In this document: in pieces, positions 47,579-58,003 of the stretch | Layout: each line of letters starts with the position of its first letter | Numbering within the stretch: the stretch's first letter is position 1 | Source of the DNA: Escherichia phage vB_EcoM_phAPEC6 | DNA length: 64,000 nucleotides | Strand: one strand, 5' to 3' | Sequence record: MK817115.1 | Notes under the pieces: generated by a model | The model's database searches: none | Told to the model about the DNA's origin: nothing | The model's input: the letters and a program-made list of their open reading frames with translations, nothing else | Made by a program: the position numbers and the translations under genes

Positions 47579-50308
47579 TTATTTCCAACGTGTACCTGGA
47601 CCTGATGGTACACCAGTACTGGCAGGTATCGCTGAACCACGTTTCGTTGTACTTGGACGATATGTCAAAAAACGAGTTACTTTTTCTGTATCAATTGAAG
47701 TTATTCCTGAAGTTCCAGTAACTATCTTACCAATGTAAGTGCTAGTTAAAGATTCATCAATTGTTTCAGTACTAATAACATATGACGCTTTCTTAGTATT
47801 CCTGTTCATTTGTATATACAAATAGAACGTAGTATTAGCTGGGTTACTTTTTACAGTACTTAAATCAACACTTTGTATAGGTAGTCTGTCGAAAATTCCA
47901 CCTAAAAACACCGGAACTTCACGTGTAAAGTACACTGAGAATCCTTGTGCAACGTCTTGTGATACTACCACAATCTTTTCTTTAACGCTACCATTTCCAC
48001 TAATTAAACCATCCATTTCAGCAGATGTTGTACCAAAAACGCTGAATACAGATTTGGTTTGATAGTCAGAATCTTGAAAATTGTAATATCCAAAACCAAC
48101 ACCAGGAATAACACCATGTTGATATGCTGCACCAAGTTGGATGTAACTAGATGATAAAAAACGATTTGATGTTATGACACCATCTACTGTTTTAGCTATC
48201 ATCATCTTAAATTGTGCATTACCTGGTTGTGAAAATTGATGAACAGCATCAACACCAATGTAACCAAATCCTGAATATTTTGCAACTGTTAGACCAGTAC
48301 AACGTTTCATATATGCTTCAGTAATAATTCCTGTAACAGAACTAAGTGTCTCATATCTAGTACTCACCAATGTAGCTGAAGTTATGTTAGTTCCAGATAA
48401 TACAACATCAACTTCGGCATAGATTGCATAACCTTGGTTATTGTTAAGATTATATGCTGAAACTACTGCGATGGATTTAGAAAAAGTATTATCAGGTACA
48501 TAATATAATACAATTTGTCCAGATAGTGTGCCAACAATGCCAGAGTTTCCTATATTAGCAAAAATATCTTGTTTTAATGATTCTAATACCGTTGGTTCTA
48601 TTGTATATGTTTCATCAAATTCTAAAGTATCTGGGTTTAATAATCCACCACTTGTTTTATATACACCTTCAATGAATGATGTTCCATAGCATCTAACACT
48701 ACCATCGGTATCAACAAGAGAAATCATAGCAGTGTATGTAAAATCATCGCCTATTTGTTTACGATTAGATTGTGGTGCAAAACCATTTAATGTAGTATTA
48801 TTTTGAACTGAGTTATATTGATATGTTGGTTGTGAACCTATTTCAGAAAAAACAGTATTATTATAATTATATGTTACATCATCATACGTACCAGAACATG
48901 CTAATAATATTTTTCTATTATCGATGAAACGTACACCTAAAAGGTTTGCACCAACAGCACTACCAAAAACTGGTAAAACGTTTGCATTTATAACGTTACT
49001 TGCGGTTCTAGTACTGGCAACCCATGAATCAAACGGTGTACCACTAACCTTATATCGTTGTAGACCATAAAATTCAGTTGAACTCCATCTAAATTTAGAT
49101 GCAAATACCAAACCATCTTTAGTTTGACATAAACCACCTGCGTTTCCTAATACACCAGCAGCAGTTGTCCCTGTGAAGTTGACCATATTAATTTCAAATG
49201 GGTTAGAAACTTGAAATCCATTATTATATGAAACAGTTGCAGGTGCACGAGCACTACCATCTAGTGACATAGATTTTGAGTTTATATTATAAACAAAACT
49301 TATTCCAGTACCATAAACTGTTGAAATATACAAAGGTGTAACCATTCGATGTGTTGGATATAAAGTTACACGTATTTTTGATAAATCAGTACTAACGTTG
49401 GCTTGAATGTTAAAGTCTGTATAGTCTGAAAATTCTACACGTGATACTGGTGATGTAACTTCGAATAATGAATCCGAGCTAGTACCAACACTATATAATT
49501 TATCGAACACTCTTATGTTATTAGATGCAGAATAACTTGTGTTTCGAACAGTTTGACCTGATAACCCAGTAACTTTTGTTAATGATGCCATTGAGCTTGC
49601 TTTCACATCACTTAGCTCTACTGTATAAATTGAAAGTGCTAATCCTAAATTAGAAACACTTTTATCTTTACACCAAATATAAACCTTTGTCCCAACAATA
49701 TGTGTATATATTGGCATATCATTACCAAAAGAAGTACTTGGCACTTTAGCATGAATATGTGATATTTCGTTAAATGTGCCATTGGTTATAGTAAAAATAT
49801 AATTATCTTCAGTACTTAAACATCCAAGCATCTCATAACCATTAGAGCCAATAAAATACTTAATATTTTCAGTACTACTCATAATTGAAGGTTTATACAT
49901 TGAATTGGTTGAAATAACACTTTCTTGTGAAATCATAGTTATATTTCGGAGTTCTCGTATAAATGAATAATAAAAACCTTTAGTACTACCATTGGTTCCG
50001 CTACGCAGAACAACGGCGGTTCCATCATCTTCAATAATTGTTGGCTGAACTACTTGGTCACTTGACATAGGTGTAGCACCTTCATACGACCCACTTACGT
50101 TTAATGGTAAGTAATCCATTTCTCCTACACGTGATATAGGCAACATATCTAAAATACTTTGAACTTCTGAACGCTTATATATTGGATATTGAACAATTCC
50201 AGTATTGGCATTCGGTGAGGTTCCATTAAAAGTACGCATAGCGTACCTTTGTCCAATTGCCAAGTTCCCAAGGATCTCGGCACTTCCTATAATTCGTTTT
50301 GATGACAT
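47579..50308 (-). CDS. Tail fibre or receptor-binding-like protein, paralog A
   Basis: About 909 aa from internal start MSSKRIIG (RBS AAGGAAAAG); N- and C-terminal blocks shared with 50924-53620 (KSNPANTTFY; TGTSGIT...RPS). Confidence 0.55.
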   Translation of the reverse strand: MSSKRIIGSAEILGNLAIGQRYAMRTFNGTSPNANTGIVQYPIYKRSEVQSILDMLPISRVGEMDYLPLNVSGSYEGATPMSSDQVVQPTIIEDDGTAVVLRSGTNGSTKGFYYSFIRELRNITMISQESVISTNSMYKPSIMSSTENIKYFIGSNGYEMLGCLSTEDNYIFTITNGTFNEISHIHAKVPSTSFGNDMPIYTHIVGTKVYIWCKDKSVSNLGLALSIYTVELSDVKASSMASLTKVTGLSGQTVRNTSYSASNNIRVFDKLYSVGTSSDSLFEVTSPVSRVEFSDYTDFNIQANVSTDLSKIRVTLYPTHRMVTPLYISTVYGTGISFVYNINSKSMSLDGSARAPATVSYNNGFQVSNPFEINMVNFTGTTAAGVLGNAGGLCQTKDGLVFASKFRWSSTEFYGLQRYKVSGTPFDSWVASTRTASNVINANVLPVFGSAVGANLLGVRFIDNRKILLACSGTYDDVTYNYNNTVFSEIGSQPTYQYNSVQNNTTLNGFAPQSNRKQIGDDFTYTAMISLVDTDGSVRCYGTSFIEGVYKTSGGLLNPDTLEFDETYTIEPTVLESLKQDIFANIGNSGIVGTLSGQIVLYYVPDNTFSKSIAVVSAYNLNNNQGYAIYAEVDVVLSGTNITSATLVSTRYETLSSVTGIITEAYMKRCTGLTVAKYSGFGYIGVDAVHQFSQPGNAQFKMMIAKTVDGVITSNRFLSSSYIQLGAAYQHGVIPGVGFGYYNFQDSDYQTKSVFSVFGTTSAEMDGLISGNGSVKEKIVVVSQDVAQGFSVYFTREVPVFLGGIFDRLPIQSVDLSTVKSNPANTTFYLYIQMNRNTKKASYVISTETIDESLTSTYIGKIVTGTSGITSIDTEKVTRFLTYRPSTTKRGSAIPASTGVPSGPGTRWK

Positions 50309-50324
50309 CTTTCTTTTCCTTAAT

Positions 50325-50912
50325 TTACCAACCAATTGTACCAGTTTCTGATGGTTTTCCAGTACTGACTGGGAATGAAGAACCTTTTTGTGTAACACTA
50401 GGTCTATATGTACTAAATCTGGATACTTTATTAATGTTTATATTTGTAATACCACTTGTACCAACGGTCAGTGTTCCAATAAACATTATAATTTCAGATT
50501 CTTGTATTTGTGTTGGTGATATTTTATAAATTGGTTCACCGAGAACTAACGTTGCATATACGTATTGTGTTTGTGTTCCAGATGAAACAGTTGAAGCAAA
50601 AATAGAAACTGCTGGAAATTTATAAAGATAACCACCAATAAATGATGGTATCTGTCTATTAAATGTAAGACTATAGCCTGATGAAGTAATATTTAGACTA
50701 GCGTCATCATACAATTCTCCGTATTGTGTAAGTGGTAATCCATTGACAATAAAGTTAACTTCATCTTTGGTAATAGAGGGGAATGTACATTCCCCATTTG
50801 AATTTGTTGGGTAATAAGTCATATTATTACCTAATACACCAAGACCAGTACTTTTACCCTGAACTGTAACTTGTTGCATTGCCTTAAGGTCTGCTCTTAT
50901 TTTATATGCCAT
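50325..50912 (-). CDS. Short fibre-related protein carrying only the shared C-terminal module
   Basis: 195 aa; C-terminus GTLTVGTSGITNININKVSRFSTYRPSVTQKGSSFPVSTGKPSETGTIGW parallels C-termini of both flanking large genes. Confidence 0.5.
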   Translation of the reverse strand: MAYKIRADLKAMQQVTVQGKSTGLGVLGNNMTYYPTNSNGECTFPSITKDEVNFIVNGLPLTQYGELYDDASLNITSSGYSLTFNRQIPSFIGGYLYKFPAVSIFASTVSSGTQTQYVYATLVLGEPIYKISPTQIQESEIIMFIGTLTVGTSGITNININKVSRFSTYRPSVTQKGSSFPVSTGKPSETGTIGW

Positions 50913-50923
50913 TATGTAATCCT

Positions 50924-53620
50924 TTACCAGTTTATGGTTCCTGTTTGTGATGGTAGACCGTAGCTAACTGGGAACGATGAACCTGCTGATTCAAGTGAAG
51001 CACCAAATATATCTAAACGGGAACGTTTTTGTATATTAATTGTTTCGATTTGAATTGCATTAGTTTGAATTGTACCTATCCAAAAAATATTATATGCAGT
51101 TGTCCCTGTTTCAGAAATAACATCAGTAGTTATGTAATAGTTTGCCAATCCTTGTTCCAATTTAACATATACATAAAATGTTGTATTTGCTGGATTAGAC
51201 TTAATAGTTCTCAAATCAATATTTGAAACTGGTAGTGAAAATGACTTACCTGAAAGAATAACTGGTGTTTCCTCTGTAAAATATACAATAAACCCTTGAG
51301 CAACGTCCTGGGATACTACGTTAATTGGGCTACCTTGTGCAGTCCAGTTATTATAGTCTGCAATCGTTGTTCCATATTTTTTGAATGTCATTTTATTTGA
51401 GTAATCCATTGGTTCAAAAATTCCAAAACCAATACCAGGTAATGCTGCTGGTTGACTTCCTTGTTCATAACTGGCATGAGATCCAGTAATTATAAAACTT
51501 GTAAATTGTGCAGTTGATTTAGTTACATATGCTCTAAATTGATGAGTTGCAGTATTACCTATTGTTGGATGTGATAATGGGTCAGAACCACCAATGAAGT
51601 AGAATGAACCACCATCATATATGGTCAAACCAACAGAAGAAGATGCAATCGAACCATTCCCAGTTGGTGTAAAGTTATCACCATACGTATTCTCAAGTAC
51701 TAAACGCTTAAATGTAATAGATGTAATATTACCAACTCTAGTATTGACATTAACTTCAGCAATTCTAATATAGTTTCTATAATCATTAGTAATTGTACTC
51801 AACATAACAAAAGCTGGAATGTCTGTTTGTTGTGGAACAAATAGTGTCATATCACGGTATGCTTGTGCTGATAAATTCCAATCACTTAGAACTTTGGCAT
51901 ATTCAGTATTTCTAAAATTGTCCAGTACTGATTGTGTAACGCTTATAATTCCTGTGCCATTTAAGTTTTTATCATAGGATAATGATTGTGAATAACGTTG
52001 CCCAACCATAAAAATACCACCATTGGTTGTGACAGTTGACCCAGAAATACTACTAATAAAAATTCTATTATTTGCATTATCATCAACATTAGCACGTTCA
52101 ACTGTAGGTTCATAACCTTGTATTGTTCCTAAAGATAATGATTTAAATGTAAAATTAGGAGTACTTTTATGAACTGCATATGATGGTCTAAATCCACCAC
52201 TACCTGATGCACGTGAATATTGTTTAGTACTGTTATCTGGTAGTAATTCTACACCATTAATAAATGAACCAACCGCTGAACCAAAAGACGGGCGAACTAT
52301 ACCACCTTTGAAGTCAGTAGAAAGTACAGCACGGACATTCAGCATACTATAAACTATTTGAATAGGAAACTTAGCTTTTTGCATAAGTAATGGTTCTGCT
52401 AAGTTTGGACATGTAGTACAAAAAGCTTCACCAGAATTCAAATAAAAATATGAACTATAAATGTTTCTTGCATTTGCATGGTTATACAATGGATCGTTAT
52501 TTAAAACGTTACCAGTAGGAACTAATGCCGAACCAGTATTAGTTATAACTAATGGTGCTTGATATGAACCAATATCGTTACCCGCATCTAATGTACATTG
52601 TTTAGTACTCATATTGAACACAAAACTGTAACTATGCTGTGGACGTGTATTATATGTTGCCATTGTAAACCAAGCGTCCCCGTTCATTCTAAAGCGGAAA
52701 TTCTGCGTTCCTGGCTGCTGTGCAACATATAAATCAATTGATGTCATGTAAATCCCAATACCACGTAGATTTTGTGGAACATACACATAAGGTTTATCAG
52801 CAATATTTGTTGATGTTACCTGATTAGTAATAACCATATTATTTTGTGCAGAATATGTCGTGTTATAAAATGTTTTAGTAGTCCATCCAGTAATTCGAGT
52901 TGCAGTATAAGTACCATTGCTTATATTATAAACAACTTTTACAACAACTAATTGTAGTTGGTTATTTTCATTAAGTACGTTAAAAACATATATAGAACCA
53001 TCTTCTGCCATCATAGCATATTCAATACCACCTTCAGGTGATATATCTGCTTGGTTAACGAAAAAACCAGTATGCAATTTATCATCTAATGTACCATTGG
53101 TAATTGATATGAACAAACCATTAGTACTGTTAGAAGTATCAATATATCTACCGAGTAAAATATTTGGATCAGTATTGTATAAACCAATCGCAACTCTATT
53201 TGAACCAAAAAACCCAGGCTTGTATTGACGACTAGTGTTAATTGTACGGCTCATGTCATCAACTGATAATGCGTTAGCCAAATATGAATAAAATAATCCC
53301 TCAACACTACCGTTTGTCCCACTACGTAAAAGTACTAGTGTACCATCGTTTTCTAATAAAATTTTATTTCTACGTTGTGACTGGTTTTCTGATGCACCAT
53401 TGAAATCCCCAGAAACACCCGCAGGTAGATAGTTTTGTGAACCATAATGGGAGATTGGCATCATACTTACTATATCTAGTACTTCATCTCTGGAATAAGT
53501 ATCTAATTCCAAGTTACCGTTGGAATCAAAAACTTGTTCATTTATTCCTTGAATTGTTCTTTTACCATTAACTGTCACATTATGTGTGACATCTAAGCCA
53601 CCATATATTTTCTTTGACAT
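50924..53620 (-). CDS. Tail fibre or receptor-binding-like protein, paralog B
   Basis: 898 aa; shares N-terminal (YLP.GVSG, LLRSGTNGS) and C-terminal blocks with paralog A. Confidence 0.55.
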   Translation of the reverse strand: MSKKIYGGLDVTHNVTVNGKRTIQGINEQVFDSNGNLELDTYSRDEVLDIVSMMPISHYGSQNYLPAGVSGDFNGASENQSQRRNKILLENDGTLVLLRSGTNGSVEGLFYSYLANALSVDDMSRTINTSRQYKPGFFGSNRVAIGLYNTDPNILLGRYIDTSNSTNGLFISITNGTLDDKLHTGFFVNQADISPEGGIEYAMMAEDGSIYVFNVLNENNQLQLVVVKVVYNISNGTYTATRITGWTTKTFYNTTYSAQNNMVITNQVTSTNIADKPYVYVPQNLRGIGIYMTSIDLYVAQQPGTQNFRFRMNGDAWFTMATYNTRPQHSYSFVFNMSTKQCTLDAGNDIGSYQAPLVITNTGSALVPTGNVLNNDPLYNHANARNIYSSYFYLNSGEAFCTTCPNLAEPLLMQKAKFPIQIVYSMLNVRAVLSTDFKGGIVRPSFGSAVGSFINGVELLPDNSTKQYSRASGSGGFRPSYAVHKSTPNFTFKSLSLGTIQGYEPTVERANVDDNANNRIFISSISGSTVTTNGGIFMVGQRYSQSLSYDKNLNGTGIISVTQSVLDNFRNTEYAKVLSDWNLSAQAYRDMTLFVPQQTDIPAFVMLSTITNDYRNYIRIAEVNVNTRVGNITSITFKRLVLENTYGDNFTPTGNGSIASSSVGLTIYDGGSFYFIGGSDPLSHPTIGNTATHQFRAYVTKSTAQFTSFIITGSHASYEQGSQPAALPGIGFGIFEPMDYSNKMTFKKYGTTIADYNNWTAQGSPINVVSQDVAQGFIVYFTEETPVILSGKSFSLPVSNIDLRTIKSNPANTTFYVYVKLEQGLANYYITTDVISETGTTAYNIFWIGTIQTNAIQIETINIQKRSRLDIFGASLESAGSSFPVSYGLPSQTGTINW

Positions 53621-53654
53621 TATATATCCCTTATAAATTAGATATTAGTTAATG

Positions 53655-53662
53655 TATTTATA
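53655..53662 (-). promoter_or_regulatory. T4-type late promoter-like TATAAATA box upstream of fibre paralog B
   Basis: Exact TATAAATA on minus strand about 34 nt upstream of ATG. Confidence 0.35.
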
Positions 53663-53669
53663 TACATAA

Positions 53670-53692
53670 TAAAAAAGCACCCAACGGGTGCT
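53670..53692 (-). terminator. Intrinsic terminator after nrdG
   Basis: GCACCC-loop-GGGTGC with U-run on minus strand. Confidence 0.5.
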
Positions 53693-53696
53693 TATG

Positions 53697-54167
53697 CTAA
53701 AAATCTTTATTTTTATATAGTATTCTTTGATTATTTGAACCACGGAAAGGTAATTTTAAATTCTTTTCGGACTCAATAAACTTACCATCAACTAATACAT
53801 CTAAGTACTGAAGTATATCTTTAGCATGATTTTTCATAATCTCATCTAAAGTATACCCACTCCAGCACCAAATAGTTTTACTAGGATAAGTTTCTTTAAC
53901 TACTTTGCATAGATTTAAAACTTCATCTATATTCTTTTTCATTAATGGATCGCCGCCTAGAAGTGACAAACCACTAACATATGGTTTTTTTAGTTCCTGT
54001 AGTATAATCTCAACTGTTTCAGTACTGAACAATTGACCACTTCTGTAATCCCATGCTTCTTCATTGAAGCAACCATCACATCCGTGCGAACACCCACTAA
54101 CAAATAAAGAGCAGCGAACGCCCTCTCCATTTACTAAATCATCCTTGATTATCGTCTGGTAATTCAT
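53697..54167 (-). CDS. nrdG: Anaerobic ribonucleotide reductase activating protein (radical SAM)
   Basis: CSHGCDGC cysteine cluster near N-terminus; adjacent to nrdD. Confidence 0.8.
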   Translation of the reverse strand: MNYQTIIKDDLVNGEGVRCSLFVSGCSHGCDGCFNEEAWDYRSGQLFSTETVEIILQELKKPYVSGLSLLGGDPLMKKNIDEVLNLCKVVKETYPSKTIWCWSGYTLDEIMKNHAKDILQYLDVLVDGKFIESEKNLKLPFRGSNNQRILYKNKDF

Positions 54168-54471
54168 CTAATATTGCACTCACTATTTCGACAAGAACAT
54201 CGCCGTGACATGATTTTGGTTTACAGAAACAACCAAGGCGTTTCCCTGCGAGTTCAAGTAATTCATCAATCTTAACTTCTCCACAAGAAATACGTTCAAT
54301 AATGTATTCTCTGAATTTTTCAATTGATTCTTCTCTTGTACTAACAATGAACTCGGCTTTGGTTTGTTTATCTTTAATATGGGTAAATGGGTTTCCCCAT
54401 TTAGACCCACGTCCAATATACACATCATACGGTTCTTTGTATTTGTTAACCACAATTGGCTTTAAATCCAT
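54139..54471 (-). CDS. Conserved hypothetical protein (KWGNPF motif)
   Basis: 110-aa ORF between nrdD and nrdG. Confidence 0.45.
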   Translation of the reverse strand: MDLKPIVVNKYKEPYDVYIGRGSKWGNPFTHIKDKQTKAEFIVSTREESIEKFREYIIERISCGEVKIDELLELAGKRLGCFCKPKSCHGDVLVEIVSAILDELPDDNQG

Positions 54472-54479
54472 AATTTACC

Positions 54480-56285
54480 TTATTTGTGCTGAATACGCTC
54501 ACAACACTCTTGTTGCTTGCCTTTATTGAAGCCACGCGAAGAAGGATTACCCAAGTACCCAGAAACACGACGAATCACTGAGATTGTCTTCTCATTACGA
54601 TTATCACATACAGGACAGTGGAAACCATGTTTATCTACACTGAACTCACCCTGGAAGCCACATTCATAACAATGGTCAACTGGTTGGTTAATACCAAAAT
54701 ATGGTATCTTAGTGTACGCATAGTTAACTAATGTTTCAAGTGCTTGAATGTTGTTTGCTAAGTTTGGAGATTCAACATAACTGATGTTTCCACCGTTACT
54801 TAGGTAAGCAAACCCTTCTTCATAACTCCATTTATCAAATGGAGAACTTTCTACCCATACTGGTTGATGGAAGGAATTTGTGATGTAATCACGTTTTAGT
54901 ACTGAAGGATATTTTGCTTCAATGCAACGTGCAAATTTATAACAAAGCGACTCTGCTGGAGTTCCATATAGACTAAAAGCAATATTACTTTCTTTTTTGA
55001 ACTCATCACATTTTACTTTCATATAATTCAGTACTGACATACAAAACTCCTTACTGATAGAACCAGTGAGGATTTCTGAACATTCAACAAGACCAACATA
55101 ACCAATACTAATACTAGCATAACCATTGTAAAATAGCTTGTCAATAGTTTCTTCTGCACCTAAACGTGCTAATGCACCTTCCATGAACAAAATTGGATTC
55201 TGCTTCGCTTTAGTGCCTTTTAAACGCTCCACACGGTTCATCTGAGCACGATATGCAATATTCATATGCTCGTCTATCTTATCAAAAAACTCTCCATCAG
55301 AATCACTCTCAAGAGCAATTAGAGGTAAATTGATAGAAACCACACCTAAATTGAAACGACCGTTGTATTGTTCATTTCCATTTGAATCTTCCCATTTTCC
55401 TAAGAATGAACGACATCCCATCGGTGTTACAGCAGTACTACTACTTCCCGTCACTTTGTGATTTAATGGAACTGAAACAAAGTCTGGGTAGATTCGTTTT
55501 GATGCACAACGCATAGCTAACTGTTTAAGGTCATAATTACTATCATTGGTATTCATGTTTATACCATCTTGTAAAAAGAAAATTACTTTAGGAAACACTG
55601 GAGTAATCTTATCTTTACCTAAACCATTCTCATGAACTTTTAAGTACTGTTCAGTGATTAATTTACCAAATTTAGAAGTATTAAGCCCTAAACTAAGAGA
55701 AATGAATGCAGCTTGTCCATTAGTGCTAATCATTGAATTAGTCTGGTAAAGTAATGTTTGACATCCATCGTATACTTCTTTTCGTAATTCTTCTTCAATG
55801 AACTCATCACTTAGATTATATTTCTTTTGTTTTTCTAACAGCTTATCCCATGACTTTTGAACGTAAGGTTCTAAACCGACATCAATGTGAGCCAACGATT
55901 GACCGCCGTATTGGGAACTAGCTACAGCTTGTACAATCTGTGTCAGTACTGTACATGCTACACTAAAACTCTTTGGTTCTTCAATTTTGGCACAACCAAT
56001 GGTAAATCCATTTTTTAGCATATCTGGGTAGTTAACTAAGCAACAGTTGGTTAATGGGCTGATATAGTAGTCTAAATCATGAATATGACCATAACCATCA
56101 TTATGCCACTGCATTAGCTCATTTGGAATAACATCTTGTGAATAATGCTTAGATAGGATACCTGCAAGTAAATCCCTGTGTGTATTGACGCATTTCGCAT
56201 CTTTGTTCGCATTTTCGTTGGTAAGATCAGTATTGCTCTGATTGAGGAAATTCGTTACGTCAGTATATAATTTATCTAATTGCAT
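54480..56285 (-). CDS. nrdD: Anaerobic ribonucleoside-triphosphate reductase
   Basis: NENANKD...RDLLAGI N-terminal block and C-terminal Cys cluster parallel T4 NrdD; start set at internal Met MQLDKLY with AAGGAA RBS (track ORF begins 21 codons earlier). Confidence 0.85.
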   Translation of the reverse strand: MQLDKLYTDVTNFLNQSNTDLTNENANKDAKCVNTHRDLLAGILSKHYSQDVIPNELMQWHNDGYGHIHDLDYYISPLTNCCLVNYPDMLKNGFTIGCAKIEEPKSFSVACTVLTQIVQAVASSQYGGQSLAHIDVGLEPYVQKSWDKLLEKQKKYNLSDEFIEEELRKEVYDGCQTLLYQTNSMISTNGQAAFISLSLGLNTSKFGKLITEQYLKVHENGLGKDKITPVFPKVIFFLQDGINMNTNDSNYDLKQLAMRCASKRIYPDFVSVPLNHKVTGSSSTAVTPMGCRSFLGKWEDSNGNEQYNGRFNLGVVSINLPLIALESDSDGEFFDKIDEHMNIAYRAQMNRVERLKGTKAKQNPILFMEGALARLGAEETIDKLFYNGYASISIGYVGLVECSEILTGSISKEFCMSVLNYMKVKCDEFKKESNIAFSLYGTPAESLCYKFARCIEAKYPSVLKRDYITNSFHQPVWVESSPFDKWSYEEGFAYLSNGGNISYVESPNLANNIQALETLVNYAYTKIPYFGINQPVDHCYECGFQGEFSVDKHGFHCPVCDNRNEKTISVIRRVSGYLGNPSSRGFNKGKQQECCERIQHK

Positions 56286-56421
56286 TGTACATTCCTTGTA
56301 TTTTGAAATCATCTGGGGGTGAAGATATTTAATATCACCAGACAACATTATAGCGTCAGAACAGGTTATTTCTCTTGACCTATATCAAGGAAAAGTCACA
56401 TTGGTTTTTATTTGCACAAAT

Positions 56422-56444
56422 AGAAAAAGCACCACTAGGGTGCT
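56422..56444 (-). terminator. Intrinsic terminator after small hydrophobic ORF
   Basis: AGCACC-ACTAG-GGTGCT with U-run on minus strand. Confidence 0.5.
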
Positions 56445-56561
56445 TTAAAGTACTGCTAATATAACAACTGCCCAAATTAACAGTAATACATTGGTTGGTG
56501 CGGAAAAAAGCATATATGCAGCAAGTGCACTACAACCTATGACAAGTTTAGCTAGTCTCAT
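56445..56561 (-). CDS. Small hydrophobic peptide (38 aa), not in ORF track
   Basis: Hand-translated MRLAKLVIGCSALAAYMLFSAPTNVLLLIWAVVILAVL; GGAG RBS; stop directly followed by terminator hairpin. Confidence 0.4.
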   Translation of the reverse strand: MRLAKLVIGCSALAAYMLFSAPTNVLLLIWAVVILAVL

Positions 56562-56733
56562 CTGGACTCCATGTAATAGTCACTGTGAAAGTGCCTTCCT
56601 GAAAACCAAACTCATCTTGTGGGATTTGTTCAGCTAATGGGTTAAATCTTGAATCGAAGGCTTCATGTACGTCTCTTTGAATATCATAGAGACTTTCACC
56701 ATCGTATTCTTTTTTGAAGATTTCATTCTGCAT
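56548..56733 (-). CDS. Hypothetical protein
   Basis: 61-aa ORF. Confidence 0.35.
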   Translation of the reverse strand: MQNEIFKKEYDGESLYDIQRDVHEAFDSRFNPLAEQIPQDEFGFQEGTFTVTITWSPDETS

Positions 56734-57133
56734 TTAAACGTAACGACCCTCGGATTGTATATGGATAATTATCTAATAGATCGATTAGTCTATTAAATGT
56801 ATGAGTACTGATGAATGGATGTTTCTTAGCTAGTTCAATGCGTTTTTCAAAATCCATTATTGTAATCTCGGTTCTATTGAAACTACCTTTACGTCTGTAC
56901 GTTAGTAAACGCTCTTTATGTCCATCAAGCTGGAAATCAAAATATGTTGTTGCATTATAATCACTATCATCACTGATAGGCTTTGAAAGATCCAGATTAT
57001 ACGTAGTTCCAATCGCAAAAAAGTATCCACCATCTTCCAATGGAATATCTTTGTCGCTTAGATTGAAATCTGTTTCATCACCTAGTATATCAAATATCTT
57101 GATACTTAGTGACATAAATTCATCAGCTAACAT
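56723..57133 (-). CDS. Hypothetical protein
   Basis: 136-aa ORF. Confidence 0.45.
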   Translation of the reverse strand: MLADEFMSLSIKIFDILGDETDFNLSDKDIPLEDGGYFFAIGTTYNLDLSKPISDDSDYNATTYFDFQLDGHKERLLTYRRKGSFNRTEITIMDFEKRIELAKKHPFISTHTFNRLIDLLDNYPYTIRGSLRLNAE

Positions 57134-57144
57134 TTCTTTTTACC

Positions 57145-57363
57145 TTATTTGATAACTCTACAGTAGTACTGAATAATGTAAGGAAATAAAGGATTATTTA
57201 CGTATGTTGCAAAATTAGCTATTGTAACTTTTTTATAGTACGAATTATGAATTGTTATAAGAGTGTGGGGGTCTATTGATTCTCTATTAGAGAGTTCAAC
57301 ATAACGCCCACACTTCATATAAGCCTTACCATAATAATCGTAAATTATCTCGTATTTTTCCAT
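57145..57363 (-). CDS. Hypothetical protein
   Basis: 72-aa ORF. Confidence 0.4.
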   Translation of the reverse strand: MEKYEIIYDYYGKAYMKCGRYVELSNRESIDPHTLITIHNSYYKKVTIANFATYVNNPLFPYIIQYYCRVIK

Positions 57364-57768
57364 TTATTCAGGATCTTTATTTTTATCAACTGTGTTGTTT
57401 TTATTCAAATCAATTTGCAAAGCCATTGCAGCTTCAGCATTTTCTTCATGTGTGCCATTGAATTTATACCCATTCTTGATGAGATTCACGGTGTAGTACT
57501 TATTATAAAGAAATGCCCATACAACCATTGCAATTGTACCCACAATCCAAAATGACACTGCGTTGAGGATGAAGTAAATTACGAATGCACCGATGAACGT
57601 AATAAAGTCACCACGAAACAATGCAGGGAACGGTCCAAAGAATAATGTTGTCCAAGAAAAACCAAAGAAACCATCTTTGCGTTGTCCTACATTTTCATTT
57701 TTTAAAGAAATTGTTTTAGCCATTTTTAATCTCCTACTTTTTATTTGGGTTTGGTATACAGTACACAA
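57364..57768 (-). CDS. Membrane protein
   Basis: 134 aa with hydrophobic segments FFGPFPALF and FVIYFILNAVSFWIVGTIAMVVWAFL. Confidence 0.45.
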   Translation of the reverse strand: MCTVYQTQIKSRRLKMAKTISLKNENVGQRKDGFFGFSWTTLFFGPFPALFRGDFITFIGAFVIYFILNAVSFWIVGTIAMVVWAFLYNKYYTVNLIKNGYKFNGTHEENAEAAMALQIDLNKNNTVDKNKDPE

Positions 57769-58003
57769 ATACTAAATGATTAAAATGTTCTGTATTCGCA
57801 TACTTTGCTAAGTCGGTTATGAGGAAGTTTGTATCTTTAAATCTGCCATCATTGTATGTTGTGATTTGAAAACGTAGTTCCGGTGCAAAAATATAATAAT
57901 AGAATATATCATTTACACACCCAACAGTATGCTTAGCATATCTTTCAATTTTCATGTGTGGATAATCTCTTTCACCCCATATTCTTTTATTGCTAATGAG
58001 CAA
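57734..58003 (-). CDS. Hypothetical protein
   Basis: 89-aa ORF; true start may be internal Met, removing overlap. Confidence 0.35.
   Translation of the reverse strand: MLISNKRIWGERDYPHMKIERYAKHTVGCVNDIFYYYIFAPELRFQITTYNDGRFKDTNFLITDLAKYANTEHFNHLVFVYCIPNPNKK

Noticed and set aside
54183-54455. Alternative-frame 90-aa ORF overlapping 54139-54471
   Set aside because: Same strand, different frame, entirely nested; the 110-aa frame has the more protein-like composition (KWGNPF motif)
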